A stretch of 64,000 nt of DNA from Micavibrio sp. (GCA_046294845.1 JBKBNU010000002.1:10940-74939); one strand, 5' to 3'; positions 41,062-51,234 are shown, numbered from the stretch's first letter. The notes: generated by a model not told the origin, from the sequence alone. Numbers and translations are program-made.

Positions 41062-41523
41062 ATGAAGAAAGCTACAAATATCTGGTGCGATGGCAGTTTC
41101 CGTGAAGCCCATAAGACAGGCGGAACAGGTTGGGTTATCAAACATGCCAACGGTGAAATAGAAGAACACTCTGTTCCCCTTCCCCCGCTGCAGAATTCCT
41201 TCAAGTACGGTTCAGAAATTGCCGAACTGACTGCTGCCGCGCAAGCGATGGCGGCGCTGCCACAAGGGGCCAATGCCCATATTCACATGGATTGTCAATC
41301 ATCCCTGCAGATGATTGAAAAAGGCCAGATCCGTATGAAAGGGCGTGAAGACGCCACAGAATTGAAAGCCGCATTTGATAAAGCGATGGAAGCCAAAGCC
41401 CGTCTGGGGCAGGTTGTCTTCCAGCTCACGAGTGACAAAAACGAAAATATGCACCGCGCCCACGTTCTTTCGCAAACAGCCTCAAGCCCACCCAAGGGAC
41501 AAAACAAACCCAGCCGGCGCTAA
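41062..41523 (+). CDS. RNase H-like (RVT_3-type) protein, paralog 2
   Basis: 153 aa. IWCDGSF, IAELTAAAQAM, IHMDCQSS, NMHRAHVLS. Clearly paralogous to the preceding gene. Confidence 0.65.
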   Translation: MKKATNIWCDGSFREAHKTGGTGWVIKHANGEIEEHSVPLPPLQNSFKYGSEIAELTAAAQAMAALPQGANAHIHMDCQSSLQMIEKGQIRMKGREDATELKAAFDKAMEAKARLGQVVFQLTSDKNENMHRAHVLSQTASSPPKGQNKPSRR

Positions 41524-41612
41524 ATATTCATCAAACACCCTCTTTATTTTAATATCGACACCATTAATCAAAATAACTTCCCTAAAGACAACAGCCACAA
41601 GAAAAATAATTC

Positions 41613-42404
41613 ATGAAAACATTAATCTTAGGAGGCACAGGCTTTTTTGGAAAAATTTTGGCTGGCAATTGCACTGGCGCCCTTACAGCGTCAATAAAGG
41701 GTGATTATATAATTGATAGAGGCAACGTTCATGATCTCAAAACCCTAGCTGAAAATCGATGGGACGTAATTTACGATCAAATTTGTTACACTGCGACAGA
41801 TGCGCAAATTGCCGTAGAAGCTTTTAAAGGCAAGTGCGGATTATATGTACTGACATCCACAATAGGAGTTTACGGACCTGTCTGTGAGGCAGCCTCCGAG
41901 ACAAATTTCATCGCGGAAAACCATTACATTGAGGGGAGCGCAAATTATGCAAATGGTAAAAAGGATGCTGAATCTATTATAGCCACGAGTGGCATGAGAA
42001 ATGCGCGCATCAGATTTCCAATAGTTTTTGGACCCCACGACCCAACCATGCGCTTTGAAAATTTTCTGAAAAGCGTAATAAATGATACCCCTCCTGTCCG
42101 GAACAACAAGATGAGTATCATCTCTTCTGTATATGCCGCCAAGTTCCTTCAATGGATAGGAGAGAATGACAAAGATGGACCCTTCAATGCCTGTGATAAC
42201 GAACCTATTAGTACAGACCAGATACTTTCTTATCTATCTTCAAAGCTGGGCCTTCTTAGCTATACAGAAGCTGCACCAGACACCAAGTCTTTATTTAATC
42301 GTCCAGGGATTTGGACACTCGACAACTCAAAAGCCAAGCAAGAAGGATTTGTGTTCGATACACCCTCCGACTGGTATTTTAAATTAATCGATTCAATCAT
42401 TTAA
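41613..42404 (+). CDS. NAD-dependent epimerase/dehydratase-family (extended SDR) protein
   Basis: 263 aa with an N-terminal Rossmann motif ILGGTGFFGK. Confidence 0.7.
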   Translation: MKTLILGGTGFFGKILAGNCTGALTASIKGDYIIDRGNVHDLKTLAENRWDVIYDQICYTATDAQIAVEAFKGKCGLYVLTSTIGVYGPVCEAASETNFIAENHYIEGSANYANGKKDAESIIATSGMRNARIRFPIVFGPHDPTMRFENFLKSVINDTPPVRNNKMSIISSVYAAKFLQWIGENDKDGPFNACDNEPISTDQILSYLSSKLGLLSYTEAAPDTKSLFNRPGIWTLDNSKAKQEGFVFDTPSDWYFKLIDSII

Positions 42405-42441
42405 AAAAAGAAATGGGCCGGTTCTGTTGCTAGGCCGGCCC
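42403..42441 (-). terminator. Rho-independent terminator of ssrA
   Basis: Minus strand: gggccgg-cctagcaacagaa-ccggccc followed by atttcttttttt. Confidence 0.7.
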
Positions 42442-42777
42442 GCGCCCCACCTTAACGATAGTTAGTCGATAAGGGATTTAGACTTCGTGCAAACTGCCCT
42501 ATTAGGCTGCAACAGCGAAACGACCATTGTCGTTGGACGCTACTACGTTTGCGAACTTGAAGTTATCGTTGGCATTTAATTGCCTGGCCGGATAACGACC
42601 GTACCATAACGGATACAAACTCTGCCTTTACCACGCGCGTCAATCCTGTTTCGGCCCCGCCTGAATGCCCGCAACCTGTTAAGGCGGGGAATTCTGGTGG
42701 AGCCGCCGGGCACTGCCCCCGGGTCCACAACGTCTATTCTACAAAGCGTTTAGCATCTTAGCCGGATTACTCCGGCA
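42414..42777 (-). ncRNA. ssrA: Circularly permuted (two-piece) tmRNA gene
   Basis: The acceptor piece ends ..ccggg-ggcagtg-cccgg-cggctcc-A-CCA at 42695. The coding piece begins GGGGCCGAAACAGGATTGACG at 42658 and pairs with the acceptor 3' strand, including a G3:U pair. The tag ORF 42573->42499 reads ANDNFKFANVVASNDNGRFAVAA followed by TAA TAG. The CCA end lies upstream of the 5' acceptor strand, so the gene is permuted. Confidence 0.8.
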
Positions 42778-42783
42778 CTAATG

Positions 42784-42811
42784 ATTATAGGGTAAAAGAC
42801 TGAAAAATCAA
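42784..42811 (-). promoter_or_regulatory. Sigma70-like promoter for ssrA
   Basis: Minus strand TTGATT-(16 nt)-TATAAT. This places the transcription start near 42777. Confidence 0.5.
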
Positions 42812-42960
42812 AGCGTTTAACATATTTTTAGAGGTCAACCGGCGTTTTATTGACTCTCTCGGGGCAATTTCCTAGTTTGACTGCGGATTGTGGCATGACC
42901 GGATGAAGGCCCCTGCCCCCATAAGTGATAGGCACCCCCTAACTTTCGAAAGACACCCGC

Positions 42961-43764
42961 ATGACAGTTGCCCAACCCTTGCCACCTGCTATACGGATCA
43001 TGCTGGCACTCATTCGCCACACCCCCCTCAGCCACGGACGTCCCCGCAAAAGCATTCTGAAACTGGTCAAGAGATACGTTAATTATCCGATTATTACCGA
43101 CTTCAGGGGCATTCCGTTCATCCTCAATCTCGACAACACGACCGAGGCAAAAGCCCTTTTTGGGCATTACAATCTCGAAGAACTGGCTTTCCTTAAAGAG
43201 CACACAGCACACGATCATGCCATCTTCATCGATCTGGGGGCCAATGCAGGGTTTTACACACAAAACTTTCTGGGTTACGGGCGTAACAGACTGGCGCTGG
43301 CCATCGAACCCAATCCGGATATGTGCCAGCGTATCAAGAACAACTATGCATTGTTACGGCAGGAACTACCCTATGAAGGCAGCACACTTGCAGTTGTCTG
43401 TAATGCCGTGGGTGAAGCATACAAAGATGCTCGGCTGGATGTATCCCACGGTTGGGGAAGCGCAAATATCACCGAAAATAAAAAAGACAACACTGTTCCG
43501 GTGAAAATGGTCCCCCTGCTGGACATCATTAGCAAGTATGACATTAAAAAAATTGATTTGATGAAAGTGGATATCGAAGGTTATGAAGACAGAGCCTTGA
43601 TACCCTTTTTTGAACAGGCCTGTCCCAACCTGTATCCGCGCCACATGATCGTTGAGCATACATCCAGCGATGAATGGGCGGCGGATCTGTTGGCCGTACT
43701 TGACGATAAGGGTTATGTCACTATCCGGAAGACCAGAGGTAATCTGCTCCTGTCACTTAAGTGA
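42961..43764 (+). CDS. FkbM-family methyltransferase
   Basis: 267 aa. FIDLGANAGFYT SAM-binding motif and LMKVDIEGYE motif, both typical of FkbM. Confidence 0.75.
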   Translation: MTVAQPLPPAIRIMLALIRHTPLSHGRPRKSILKLVKRYVNYPIITDFRGIPFILNLDNTTEAKALFGHYNLEELAFLKEHTAHDHAIFIDLGANAGFYTQNFLGYGRNRLALAIEPNPDMCQRIKNNYALLRQELPYEGSTLAVVCNAVGEAYKDARLDVSHGWGSANITENKKDNTVPVKMVPLLDIISKYDIKKIDLMKVDIEGYEDRALIPFFEQACPNLYPRHMIVEHTSSDEWAADLLAVLDDKGYVTIRKTRGNLLLSLK

Positions 43765-43897
43765 ATATGCAAAATATATCGGTCCTTCAGTGATTCTTCC
43801 ACAAGCCTGAAGCCCTCAAATCACGGTCATGGCTGCAATTCCCACCACTTTCCTGTAGGAAGATAAGGCTGACAAACCCCCGCCAAAGGAAGACACG

Positions 43898-44692
43898 ATG
43901 AAACAGTATCAGGACCTGATGCGCCATGTTCTTGAGAACGGTACAGACAAATCGGACCGTACAGGTACAGGGACACGCAGTGTGTTCGGTCACCAGATGC
44001 GTTTTGATCTGTCCGAAGGTTTTCCTCTGGTTACCACCAAGAAACTGCACCTGAAATCAATCATCCACGAATTGCTATGGTTCCTGAAAGGCGATACCAA
44101 TATTGCCTATCTATCGGAAAACGGCGTACGCATCTGGGATGAATGGGCAGATGAAAACGGTAATCTGGGTCCTGTATATGGTCACCAATGGCGCAGCTGG
44201 CCTGCCGCCGACGGCCATCACATCGACCAGATTTCAAATCTGATTCACCAGATCAAAACCGATCCGGATTCACGCCGCCTGATCGTTTCGGCATGGAATG
44301 TCGGCGATATCGGCAAGATGGCGCTGGCCCCTTGTCACTGTCTGTTCCAGTTCTACGTTGCCGATGGCAAGCTCTCATGCCAACTTTACCAACGCAGTGC
44401 CGATATCTTTTTGGGTGTACCGTTCAACATTGCTTCCTATGCTTTACTGACCATGATGATTGCACAAGTATGCTGTCTGAAGCCCGGTGAATTCGTTCAC
44501 ACCTTCGGTGACGCCCATATTTACAGCAATCATTTTGAACAAGCCAAACTGCAACTGACCCGAGATCCGTTCCCGCTGCCGGAAATGCACCTGAACCCGC
44601 ACGTCACGAGCATCTTCGATTTCAAATTCGAGGATTTCGAACTGGTCGGTTATCAGGCTCATCCCCATATCAAGGCTGCTGTAGCCGTATAG
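43898..44692 (+). CDS. thyA: Thymidylate synthase
   Basis: 264 aa. [31 protein letters not shown] and catalytic [13 protein letters not shown]. Confidence 0.97.
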   Translation: MKQYQDLMRHVLENGTDKSDRTGTGTRSVFGHQMRFDLSEGFPLVTTKKLHLKSIIHELLWFLKGDTNIAYLSENGVRIWDEWADENGNLGPVYGHQWRSWPAADGHHIDQISNLIHQIKTDPDSRRLIVSAWNVGDIGKMALAPCHCLFQFYVADGKLSCQLYQRSADIFLGVPFNIASYALLTMMIAQVCCLKPGEFVHTFGDAHIYSNHFEQAKLQLTRDPFPLPEMHLNPHVTSIFDFKFEDFELVGYQAHPHIKAAVAV

Positions 44693-44704
44693 ACAGACAA
44701 GTTC

Positions 44705-45220
44705 ATGACGATCCGCGTTTGCGCTATTGCTGCCATGTCCACCAATTTTGTTATCGGCAAGGATAACAAAATGCCGTGGCATATATCGGAAGACTTCAAG
44801 CACTTCAAACGGACAACCATGGGCAAACCCCTGATCATGGGACGCAAGACTTTTGAGTCAATTGGAGGCAAAGCCTTACCGGGCCGTCCCCATGTTGTCG
44901 TAAGCCGCACTCCGCATGAACCGATGGAAAACGTTTTGTTTGTCACCAATCTGGAAGATGCGATTGCCACAGCCAGAAGCATTGCCAGACAACTCGATGT
45001 CGATGAAATCTTTATCACTGGTGGCGCGCAAATTTATGCGGCAACGATGCCGGTTGTCGACCGGATATATCTGACAGTCGTGAACCAGAAGTATGAGGGC
45101 GATGCCTTCTTCCCCAGAATCAACGCTGAAGAATGGACCGAACAAATCATTGCCTCGGGCGAGGAACCTGTTCCCTACATGATTGGTATTTTGGACCGCA
45201 AAACATCGGCAATCGCATGA
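44705..45220 (+). CDS. folA: Dihydrofolate reductase
   Basis: 171 aa. VIGKDNKMPWHISEDFKHFKRTTMGKPLIMGRKTFESIG. Immediately downstream of thyA. Confidence 0.93.
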   Translation: MTIRVCAIAAMSTNFVIGKDNKMPWHISEDFKHFKRTTMGKPLIMGRKTFESIGGKALPGRPHVVVSRTPHEPMENVLFVTNLEDAIATARSIARQLDVDEIFITGGAQIYAATMPVVDRIYLTVVNQKYEGDAFFPRINAEEWTEQIIASGEEPVPYMIGILDRKTSAIA

Positions 45221-46266
45221 TATGGCGCCGATAACGGCCCCTGCTTGGCGGCAACAGGCATTCCCGCATCACTTGCCACACGAATATCCATCTGCAGCGG
45301 AATTTCACCCAGAAACGGCACACCTATTTTTTCAGCTTCAGCCTTGGCGCCGCCATGCCCGAAGACAGGCGTTTCATGACCGCACTGCGGGCAGCAAAAG
45401 GTACTCATATTCTCGACCACACCCCACACAGGCACATTGACCTTGCGGAACATTTCAATGCCTTTACGCGCATCAATCAAGGCGAGATCTTGCGGCGTGG
45501 ATACGATCACGGCCCCTGCCAGGGGTACTTTTTGTGCCAAAGTTAATTGAGCATCACCTGTACCGGGCGGCATATCAACAATCAGAACATCAAGCGGGTT
45601 TGCCCGCGTGCCCCACGCCACATCACGCAGCATTTGGTAGAGCGCCGTTTGCACCATTGGTCCGCGCCATATCATGGGCGCTTCGTTTTCGACCAAAAAA
45701 CCGATGGACATCAGCTTTAAACCAAAGGCTTCGAGCGGCACCAATTGCTCGTCCTTGTTCTGTACCGGACGTTTCCCGGTTAACCCTGTCAACCGCGGTA
45801 CCGAAGGACCATAAATATCGGCATCCAACAACCCCACGGATAAACCTTGCGCCGCAAGTGCCACCGCCAGATTGATCGCGACTGTTGATTTTCCAACACC
45901 GCCTTTACCGGATGCCACCGCAACGATTTTACGGATGGGTAAATCCAGCACAGGATTTTTATTCATGCCGTGCGGATCGTGTGATGAGGATGAAGGCGAG
46001 GATGCCGCTGCCGGTGGACGCTCGGCCGTCAAAATCGCCTGCACGGATTTAACCCCTGCTACACCTCTCACGACTTTTTCAGCCTGCTGGCGCATCCCTT
46101 CAAGGGCTGTCCCCCTTTGCGGGTCGACTTCAATCATGAAAATGACATGGCCATCATTGACCTGCAGGCCCGAGACCATGCCAAGCGTCATGATATCCTG
46201 TTTCCTGTCGGGGTCCTGGACCTGATAAAGGGCTTTTTCGATATGCTCCGGAGCGATAATGGACAT
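45175..46266 (-). CDS. apbC: Mrp/NBP35-family Fe-S cluster carrier ATPase
   Basis: 363 aa. Deviant Walker A VASGKGGVGKST and CPQC motif (FCCPQCGHE). Confidence 0.9.
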   Translation of the reverse strand: MSIIAPEHIEKALYQVQDPDRKQDIMTLGMVSGLQVNDGHVIFMIEVDPQRGTALEGMRQQAEKVVRGVAGVKSVQAILTAERPPAAASSPSSSSHDPHGMNKNPVLDLPIRKIVAVASGKGGVGKSTVAINLAVALAAQGLSVGLLDADIYGPSVPRLTGLTGKRPVQNKDEQLVPLEAFGLKLMSIGFLVENEAPMIWRGPMVQTALYQMLRDVAWGTRANPLDVLIVDMPPGTGDAQLTLAQKVPLAGAVIVSTPQDLALIDARKGIEMFRKVNVPVWGVVENMSTFCCPQCGHETPVFGHGGAKAEAEKIGVPFLGEIPLQMDIRVASDAGMPVAAKQGPLSAPYHAIADVLRSKIPIM

Positions 46267-46356
46267 AATAATAGCGGGTTCTGGTTGTTTTCTGATGGAA
46301 AAGAGATATTCTTACAGCACGCTATATTCAAGCTTAATAAAGGACCCGTAATACCC

Positions 46357-47538
46357 ATGTTCAGGCCCCGCACCGCCAACGTTCATATGAATAATAACCC
46401 CAACAATCCATGGGGTCGTCCCTCAGGTGGCGGCCAGAACCCTTGGGGTTCAGGCGGCGGCAATAATAATGGTGGCGGCTGGCGTCCGGGCGGATCCGGT
46501 GGCGGGTCAGGGGGCGATATGCCTCCCGAACTGGACGAGATGCTGCGCAAGGCGCAAGAAAATCTCCGTCAGGTGATGCCTTCCGGTTTTCAGGGCCCCC
46601 GATTATTCGGTCTATTGCTGGCCGGCGTGACAGCCCTGTGGCTGGCGAGCGGTTTTTATATCATCGTTCCTGGTGAAAATGGTGTAATCCAGCGTTTTGG
46701 CGAATGGAGCAATACCAAAACCACTGAAGGTCTGGGCTATCGTCTGCCCTATCCGATTGAAACGCTGACCAAGGTCAATGTTTCCGAAATGCGCCGCTTG
46801 TCCGTCGGTTTTTCCGAACGGATGGTGATGGGCGGCCCATCCCAGCGCCAGAGCGTGCCGGAAGAAAGCCTGATGCTGACATCCGATGCCAATATTGTCG
46901 ATCTTGACATGGTTGTGTTGTGGACGATCAAATCGGCTGAAGATTATCTGTTCCAGATTCGCGATCCGGAAAGCACCATCAAGAAAGTGGCCGAAAGCGC
47001 CATTCGTGAAGTGGTCGGTCAGACATTGATGTTCCCCCTGATTACACAAGAACGTGACAATGTTGCCAACCGCGCCCGCGATATCATGAGCAAGACACTG
47101 GATGAATATAAATCTGGTATCATTATCAATCAGGTCCTGATCCAGCGCGCCGAAGTACACCCCGATGTACAAGACGCTTTCCAGGATGTGCAATCGGCCA
47201 AGCAGGATGCAATCGAAGTCCAAAACCGTGCCGGTGCCTACCGTGAGGATATTATTCCGAAAGCACGCGGGGAAGCCATCCGTCTGAAACAGGAAGCCGA
47301 AGCCTATAAACAATCAGTGATTGCCCGCGCACAGGGTGATGCCGATCGCTTTAATTCGATATATCAGGCTTATCTGACCAACAAGGATGTAACCAAAACC
47401 CGTCTTTACATCGAGACCATGGAAGAAGTCATGAAAAACGCCCAGAAGATCATCATGGATGGTGAAGCCGGAAAATCGGGCGTTGTTCCTTATGTCCCCT
47501 TAAATGAATTGAAACCGGCTGCAGGCTCCTCACGCTAA
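46357..47538 (+). CDS. hflK: FtsH modulator HflK
   Basis: Gly/Asn-rich N-terminus (NNPNNPWGRPSGGGQNPWG), one TM helix, and an SPFH domain. The ORF-track start at 46117 overlaps apbC and is rejected. The start could be 46357 or 46387. Confidence 0.88.
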   Translation: MFRPRTANVHMNNNPNNPWGRPSGGGQNPWGSGGGNNNGGGWRPGGSGGGSGGDMPPELDEMLRKAQENLRQVMPSGFQGPRLFGLLLAGVTALWLASGFYIIVPGENGVIQRFGEWSNTKTTEGLGYRLPYPIETLTKVNVSEMRRLSVGFSERMVMGGPSQRQSVPEESLMLTSDANIVDLDMVVLWTIKSAEDYLFQIRDPESTIKKVAESAIREVVGQTLMFPLITQERDNVANRARDIMSKTLDEYKSGIIINQVLIQRAEVHPDVQDAFQDVQSAKQDAIEVQNRAGAYREDIIPKARGEAIRLKQEAEAYKQSVIARAQGDADRFNSIYQAYLTNKDVTKTRLYIETMEEVMKNAQKIIMDGEAGKSGVVPYVPLNELKPAAGSSR

Positions 47539-47571
47539 GAACACTCAGAAGATAAGAAAACGAGATCCAAA

Positions 47572-48492
47572 ATGAATACAAAATTCAGTATTGCTGTCAT
47601 CATTCTTGCTTTGGCTGTCGTAGCCCTGAGCCAATCGCTTTTTACCGTTGACGAACGCGAACAGGCGATTGTTCTTCATCTGGGTGAGCCCAAAGGGGAC
47701 ATCAAAAAACCCGGCCTGCATTTCAAAATTCCGGTCGTACAGGATGTACGCCGCTTTGATAGCCGTATTCTGGCGGTTGATCCGCCAGCAGAACAAATGG
47801 TTATTTCCTCAAGCCAGCGCCGTACAAACAAAGACGCAGAAGTTGTGGAAGAAGGCCTTGCCAGCGGTGAACCGATTATCGTTGATACATTCGCCCGTTA
47901 CCGTATTTCCGATCCGCTGAAATTCATGAAAACCCTGCGCACGGAAAATGCTGCCTATGACCGCATTAAAGGCATCACCAATGAGGCCACCCGTGCCGTT
48001 CTGGGCCGCAGCACCTTGAAAGACCTGCTGTCCGACACAAGAACATCGATCATGAATGATATCCGTAGCCGCGTGAACAGCCAGATCGAGCGTGATAATC
48101 TGGGTATCGAGATTGTCGATATCCGTATTGTGCGTGCCGATCTGACGCCTGCCCTGCGCCAATCAACAGTCAGCCGTATGATTTCCGAACTGAAAGAACG
48201 TGCCACAGAGACGCGCGCCAAAGGCGAAGAGCGTGCTTTGGAAATCCGTTCAACAGCCGAAAAGGAGCGTACCGTTATTCTGGCTGAAGCCCAGAAGGAA
48301 TCCCAAATTCTGCGTGGTGCCGGCGATAACGAAGCGATCAAGGTCTACGCCGAAGCCATGGGCAAGGACACATCGTTTTATGAATTCATACGCTCGCTGG
48401 AGGCTTACAGGGCATCCATGGCCAATAGCGATACCCGTTTGATCATTACCCCTGATAATGCTTTCTTCAAGCATTTCCAGAATGGTCAATAA
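47572..48492 (+). CDS. hflC: FtsH modulator HflC
   Basis: 306 aa. N-terminal TM helix plus SPFH domain, directly after hflK. Confidence 0.9.
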   Translation: MNTKFSIAVIILALAVVALSQSLFTVDEREQAIVLHLGEPKGDIKKPGLHFKIPVVQDVRRFDSRILAVDPPAEQMVISSSQRRTNKDAEVVEEGLASGEPIIVDTFARYRISDPLKFMKTLRTENAAYDRIKGITNEATRAVLGRSTLKDLLSDTRTSIMNDIRSRVNSQIERDNLGIEIVDIRIVRADLTPALRQSTVSRMISELKERATETRAKGEERALEIRSTAEKERTVILAEAQKESQILRGAGDNEAIKVYAEAMGKDTSFYEFIRSLEAYRASMANSDTRLIITPDNAFFKHFQNGQ

Positions 48493-48517
48493 GCACCCTC
48501 GACAGTAAAGATATAAC

Positions 48518-48715
48518 ATGAGCTTCCTCGATTACCTGCTGGCCTCTTTTGCGCTGGTTCTGGTTATCGAGGGGCTGCTTTATGCCCTATTTACAGAGTC
48601 AGTTCGTAAAATGATGGCACTGGCCCTGACCTTGCCACCTGAAAAATTGCGTATATTCGGTATGTGCATGGCCATTATAGGGTTTTTACTTTTATGGATT
48701 GTGCCGAAATTGTGA
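48518..48715 (+). CDS. DUF2065-family small membrane protein
   Basis: 65 aa with 2 TM helices. Conserved position after hflKC in alphaproteobacteria. Confidence 0.7.
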   Translation: MSFLDYLLASFALVLVIEGLLYALFTESVRKMMALALTLPPEKLRIFGMCMAIIGFLLLWIVPKL

Positions 48716-48833
48716 TTTTTTGACCTAAAAGCCTTCCCGTGATTGACCCGCAAGGGCTCACGCCATAAATTCATAGTCCATAAGGCTTCTCCTTATTGGT
48801 ATTCTGATGACAAGTACAAGATAGGTTTAAGAA

Positions 48834-50327
48834 ATGCGCACAGGACTTACTGGCTTTTGCTTTGCTTTGACACTGGCCCTTTCCCTTCCCGTCATTCAAC
48901 CAGCTCAGGCAGAAAATGGCACAGAACCCAAGACCTATGCTTCGGTTCCTGCCAGCTTTGCCGATTTGTCGGAAAAACTGCTACCAGCTGTCGTGAATAT
49001 CTCCTCAACGCACAAAGCGCTTGAGCCTCAGGATTTTCCAGATATGCCGCATTTCCCACCAGGCTCCCCTTTCGAGGACTTCTTCGAAGAGTTTATGAAC
49101 CGTCGTGGTGATGGCATGCCGATGGACCCACCCGCTTCTCTTGGTTCCGGTTTTATTATTGATGCTGAAAAAGGTTATATCGTAACCAACAACCACGTGA
49201 TCAAGGATGCCGATGAAGTCCGCATTACCTTGCATGATGATACATCCATACCGGCAACGATCGTCGCCCGTGATGAAAAGACCGATCTGGCCCTGCTTGA
49301 GGTCAAGACAGAAAAAAAACTGACGGCTGTATCTTTTGGTAAAAGTGACAACTTGCGTGTCGGTGACTGGATTCTCGCTATTGGCAATCCGTTTGGTCTG
49401 GGCGGTACCGTAACAGCCGGTATTATTTCGGCCCAGCAGCGCGATATCCAATCCGGCCCGTATGATGATTTCATCCAGACCGATGCCTCGATCAACCGCG
49501 GTAATTCGGGCGGCCCCATGTTTAATCTTGATGGCGAAGTTATCGGGATCAATACGGCAATCTTCTCGCCATCCGGTGGTTCGGTCGGAATCGGCTTTGC
49601 TATTCCTTCCGATCTTGCCAAACCTGTGATTGATCAGTTGATAAAATACGGTCGCACCCGCCGTGGATGGCTTGGTGTCCGCATTCAGGCTGTGACAGAT
49701 GATATTGCCGAAAGTTTTGGCATGAAAGCTTCGCAAGGAGCGCTGGTTGCCAGCATTACCCCGACTGGGCCAGCCGAAGTAGCAGGCCTGAAAGCCGGTG
49801 ACATCATCGTCAAGTTCAATGGCAAAGACATCAAGGAAATGCGCGAATTGCCGCGTCTGGTCGCCGAAACCGAAATCAATACCGAAGCCAAAATCGAATT
49901 CTGGCGCGATGGCAAACTGCAAAATGCCAAGATCAAGGTTGGTGAACTGGAGAAAGCCGAAGATGAAGGTTTGATTGCCGCTGCCAGCGAAGAGGGTGAA
50001 GACGATATTGTATCTCCTGATAGCAAAAACATTGAATCGGTAGGCCTGTCACTTTCGGCCATATCGGCACAAGACCGTGAAGCCTTTAACATCGGCAATG
50101 AAATTGAAGGTGTCATCGTCAAGGATGTGACAGCAGGATCGGAAGCTGCGACCAAAGGTCTGGCTGCGGGTGATGTCATCGTTGAAATCAACCAGCAAGC
50201 CGTCACTACACCCGGTGAGGTCAGCGAAGTTATACAAAAGGCAGAAAAATCGGGACGTTCATCCGTTCTGTTATTGGTTAACCGCGAAAACGATGTCCGC
50301 TTTGTAGCCTTGCGCCTGAAAAAATAA
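48834..50327 (+). CDS. degP: Periplasmic serine endoprotease DegP/DegQ (HtrA family)
   Basis: 497 aa. Signal peptide, catalytic TNNHV / D / GNSGGPMF, and two PDZ domains. Confidence 0.93.
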   Translation: MRTGLTGFCFALTLALSLPVIQPAQAENGTEPKTYASVPASFADLSEKLLPAVVNISSTHKALEPQDFPDMPHFPPGSPFEDFFEEFMNRRGDGMPMDPPASLGSGFIIDAEKGYIVTNNHVIKDADEVRITLHDDTSIPATIVARDEKTDLALLEVKTEKKLTAVSFGKSDNLRVGDWILAIGNPFGLGGTVTAGIISAQQRDIQSGPYDDFIQTDASINRGNSGGPMFNLDGEVIGINTAIFSPSGGSVGIGFAIPSDLAKPVIDQLIKYGRTRRGWLGVRIQAVTDDIAESFGMKASQGALVASITPTGPAEVAGLKAGDIIVKFNGKDIKEMRELPRLVAETEINTEAKIEFWRDGKLQNAKIKVGELEKAEDEGLIAAASEEGEDDIVSPDSKNIESVGLSLSAISAQDREAFNIGNEIEGVIVKDVTAGSEAATKGLAAGDVIVEINQQAVTTPGEVSEVIQKAEKSGRSSVLLLVNRENDVRFVALRLKK

Positions 50328-51232
50328 TGACGGCCATTGTCCATATTCTGGCGGGGCCCACAGCCAGCGGCAAATCGGCGCTGGCTGTGCAAAAGGCAAT
50401 TGAAAATGAAGGCGTGATTATAAACGCCGATGCCCTGCAGATTTATGACGAACTTCCCATCCTGACGGCACAGCCACCTGCAGAGGATAAAGCCCGCGCC
50501 CCACACCGGCTTTATGGTATCCTGCCCTCATCCGACTTATGTTCGGCAACGCAGTGGGTAGATTTGGCGATTGCCGAAATTGAAAAAGCCTTCGCGGAAG
50601 GCCTAACCCCCATCATTGTCGGTGGTACAGGATTTTATATTAAAGCCCTGATGGAAGGCCTTTCGATCGTCCCCGAGATTCCCCCAGAAATCAGGCAGGC
50701 GCTTAATCAAAAACAGGCTGAAATGGGCAATCCTGCCTTCCATGAAGCTTTTTCACGCCATGATCCTGTTATGGCGGCCCGTTTGCACCCCAATGATACG
50801 CAGCGTCTGATCCGTGCATGGGAAGTATGGGAGGCCACAGGTGAAAGCCTTGCCACTTGGCAATCACAGCAACCAAAACCTCCACGGCCCGACTGGCGAT
50901 TTGATATCACCGTGCTGGAACCGGAACGAACGATACTTTATCAACGCTGCAACCAGCGCTTCCTGAATATGATGGAAAGCGGGATTATTGAGGAGGTTGA
51001 AAGCCTCTCACAGAAGATCGCCGATGGTCAGGCCCCTGAAAAAGGCGGCATCACACAAGCCTTGGGATTCATTCCTTTGCGGTCATGGATGCAAGGTGAA
51101 ATTTCAAAAGATGACGCGATCATCCAATCGCAAACCGACACCCGCCAATACGCCAAGCGTCAGGTTACATGGCTTCGCAACCAGATAAAACCTGCTGATA
51201 ATATCGTCAATATTACGCGTCTGACCCTTTAG
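50327..51232 (+). CDS. miaA: tRNA dimethylallyltransferase
   Basis: 301 aa. P-loop GPTASGKSALAV, DSMQIY-like ADALQIYDELPILTAQP, and QYAKRQ.TW. Confidence 0.93.
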   Translation: MTAIVHILAGPTASGKSALAVQKAIENEGVIINADALQIYDELPILTAQPPAEDKARAPHRLYGILPSSDLCSATQWVDLAIAEIEKAFAEGLTPIIVGGTGFYIKALMEGLSIVPEIPPEIRQALNQKQAEMGNPAFHEAFSRHDPVMAARLHPNDTQRLIRAWEVWEATGESLATWQSQQPKPPRPDWRFDITVLEPERTILYQRCNQRFLNMMESGIIEEVESLSQKIADGQAPEKGGITQALGFIPLRSWMQGEISKDDAIIQSQTDTRQYAKRQVTWLRNQIKPADNIVNITRLTL

Positions 51233-51234
51233 TA

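Noticed and set aside
42847-43263. 138-aa minus-strand ORF overlapping the FkbM methyltransferase start and the ssrA promoter region
   Set aside because: It overlaps a plus-strand gene with clear FkbM motifs and has no recognisable domain, so it is probably spurious.
45175-45220. 46-nt convergent overlap of the folA and apbC 3' ends
   Set aside because: It is real in the ORF map but unremarkable. Either C-terminal tail may be non-conserved. There is no evidence of regulatory significance.
46117-46356. Long N-terminal extension of hflK
   Set aside because: It overlaps the 5' end of apbC on the other strand. The characteristic Gly/Asn-rich HflK N-terminus begins after the Met at 46357/46387.
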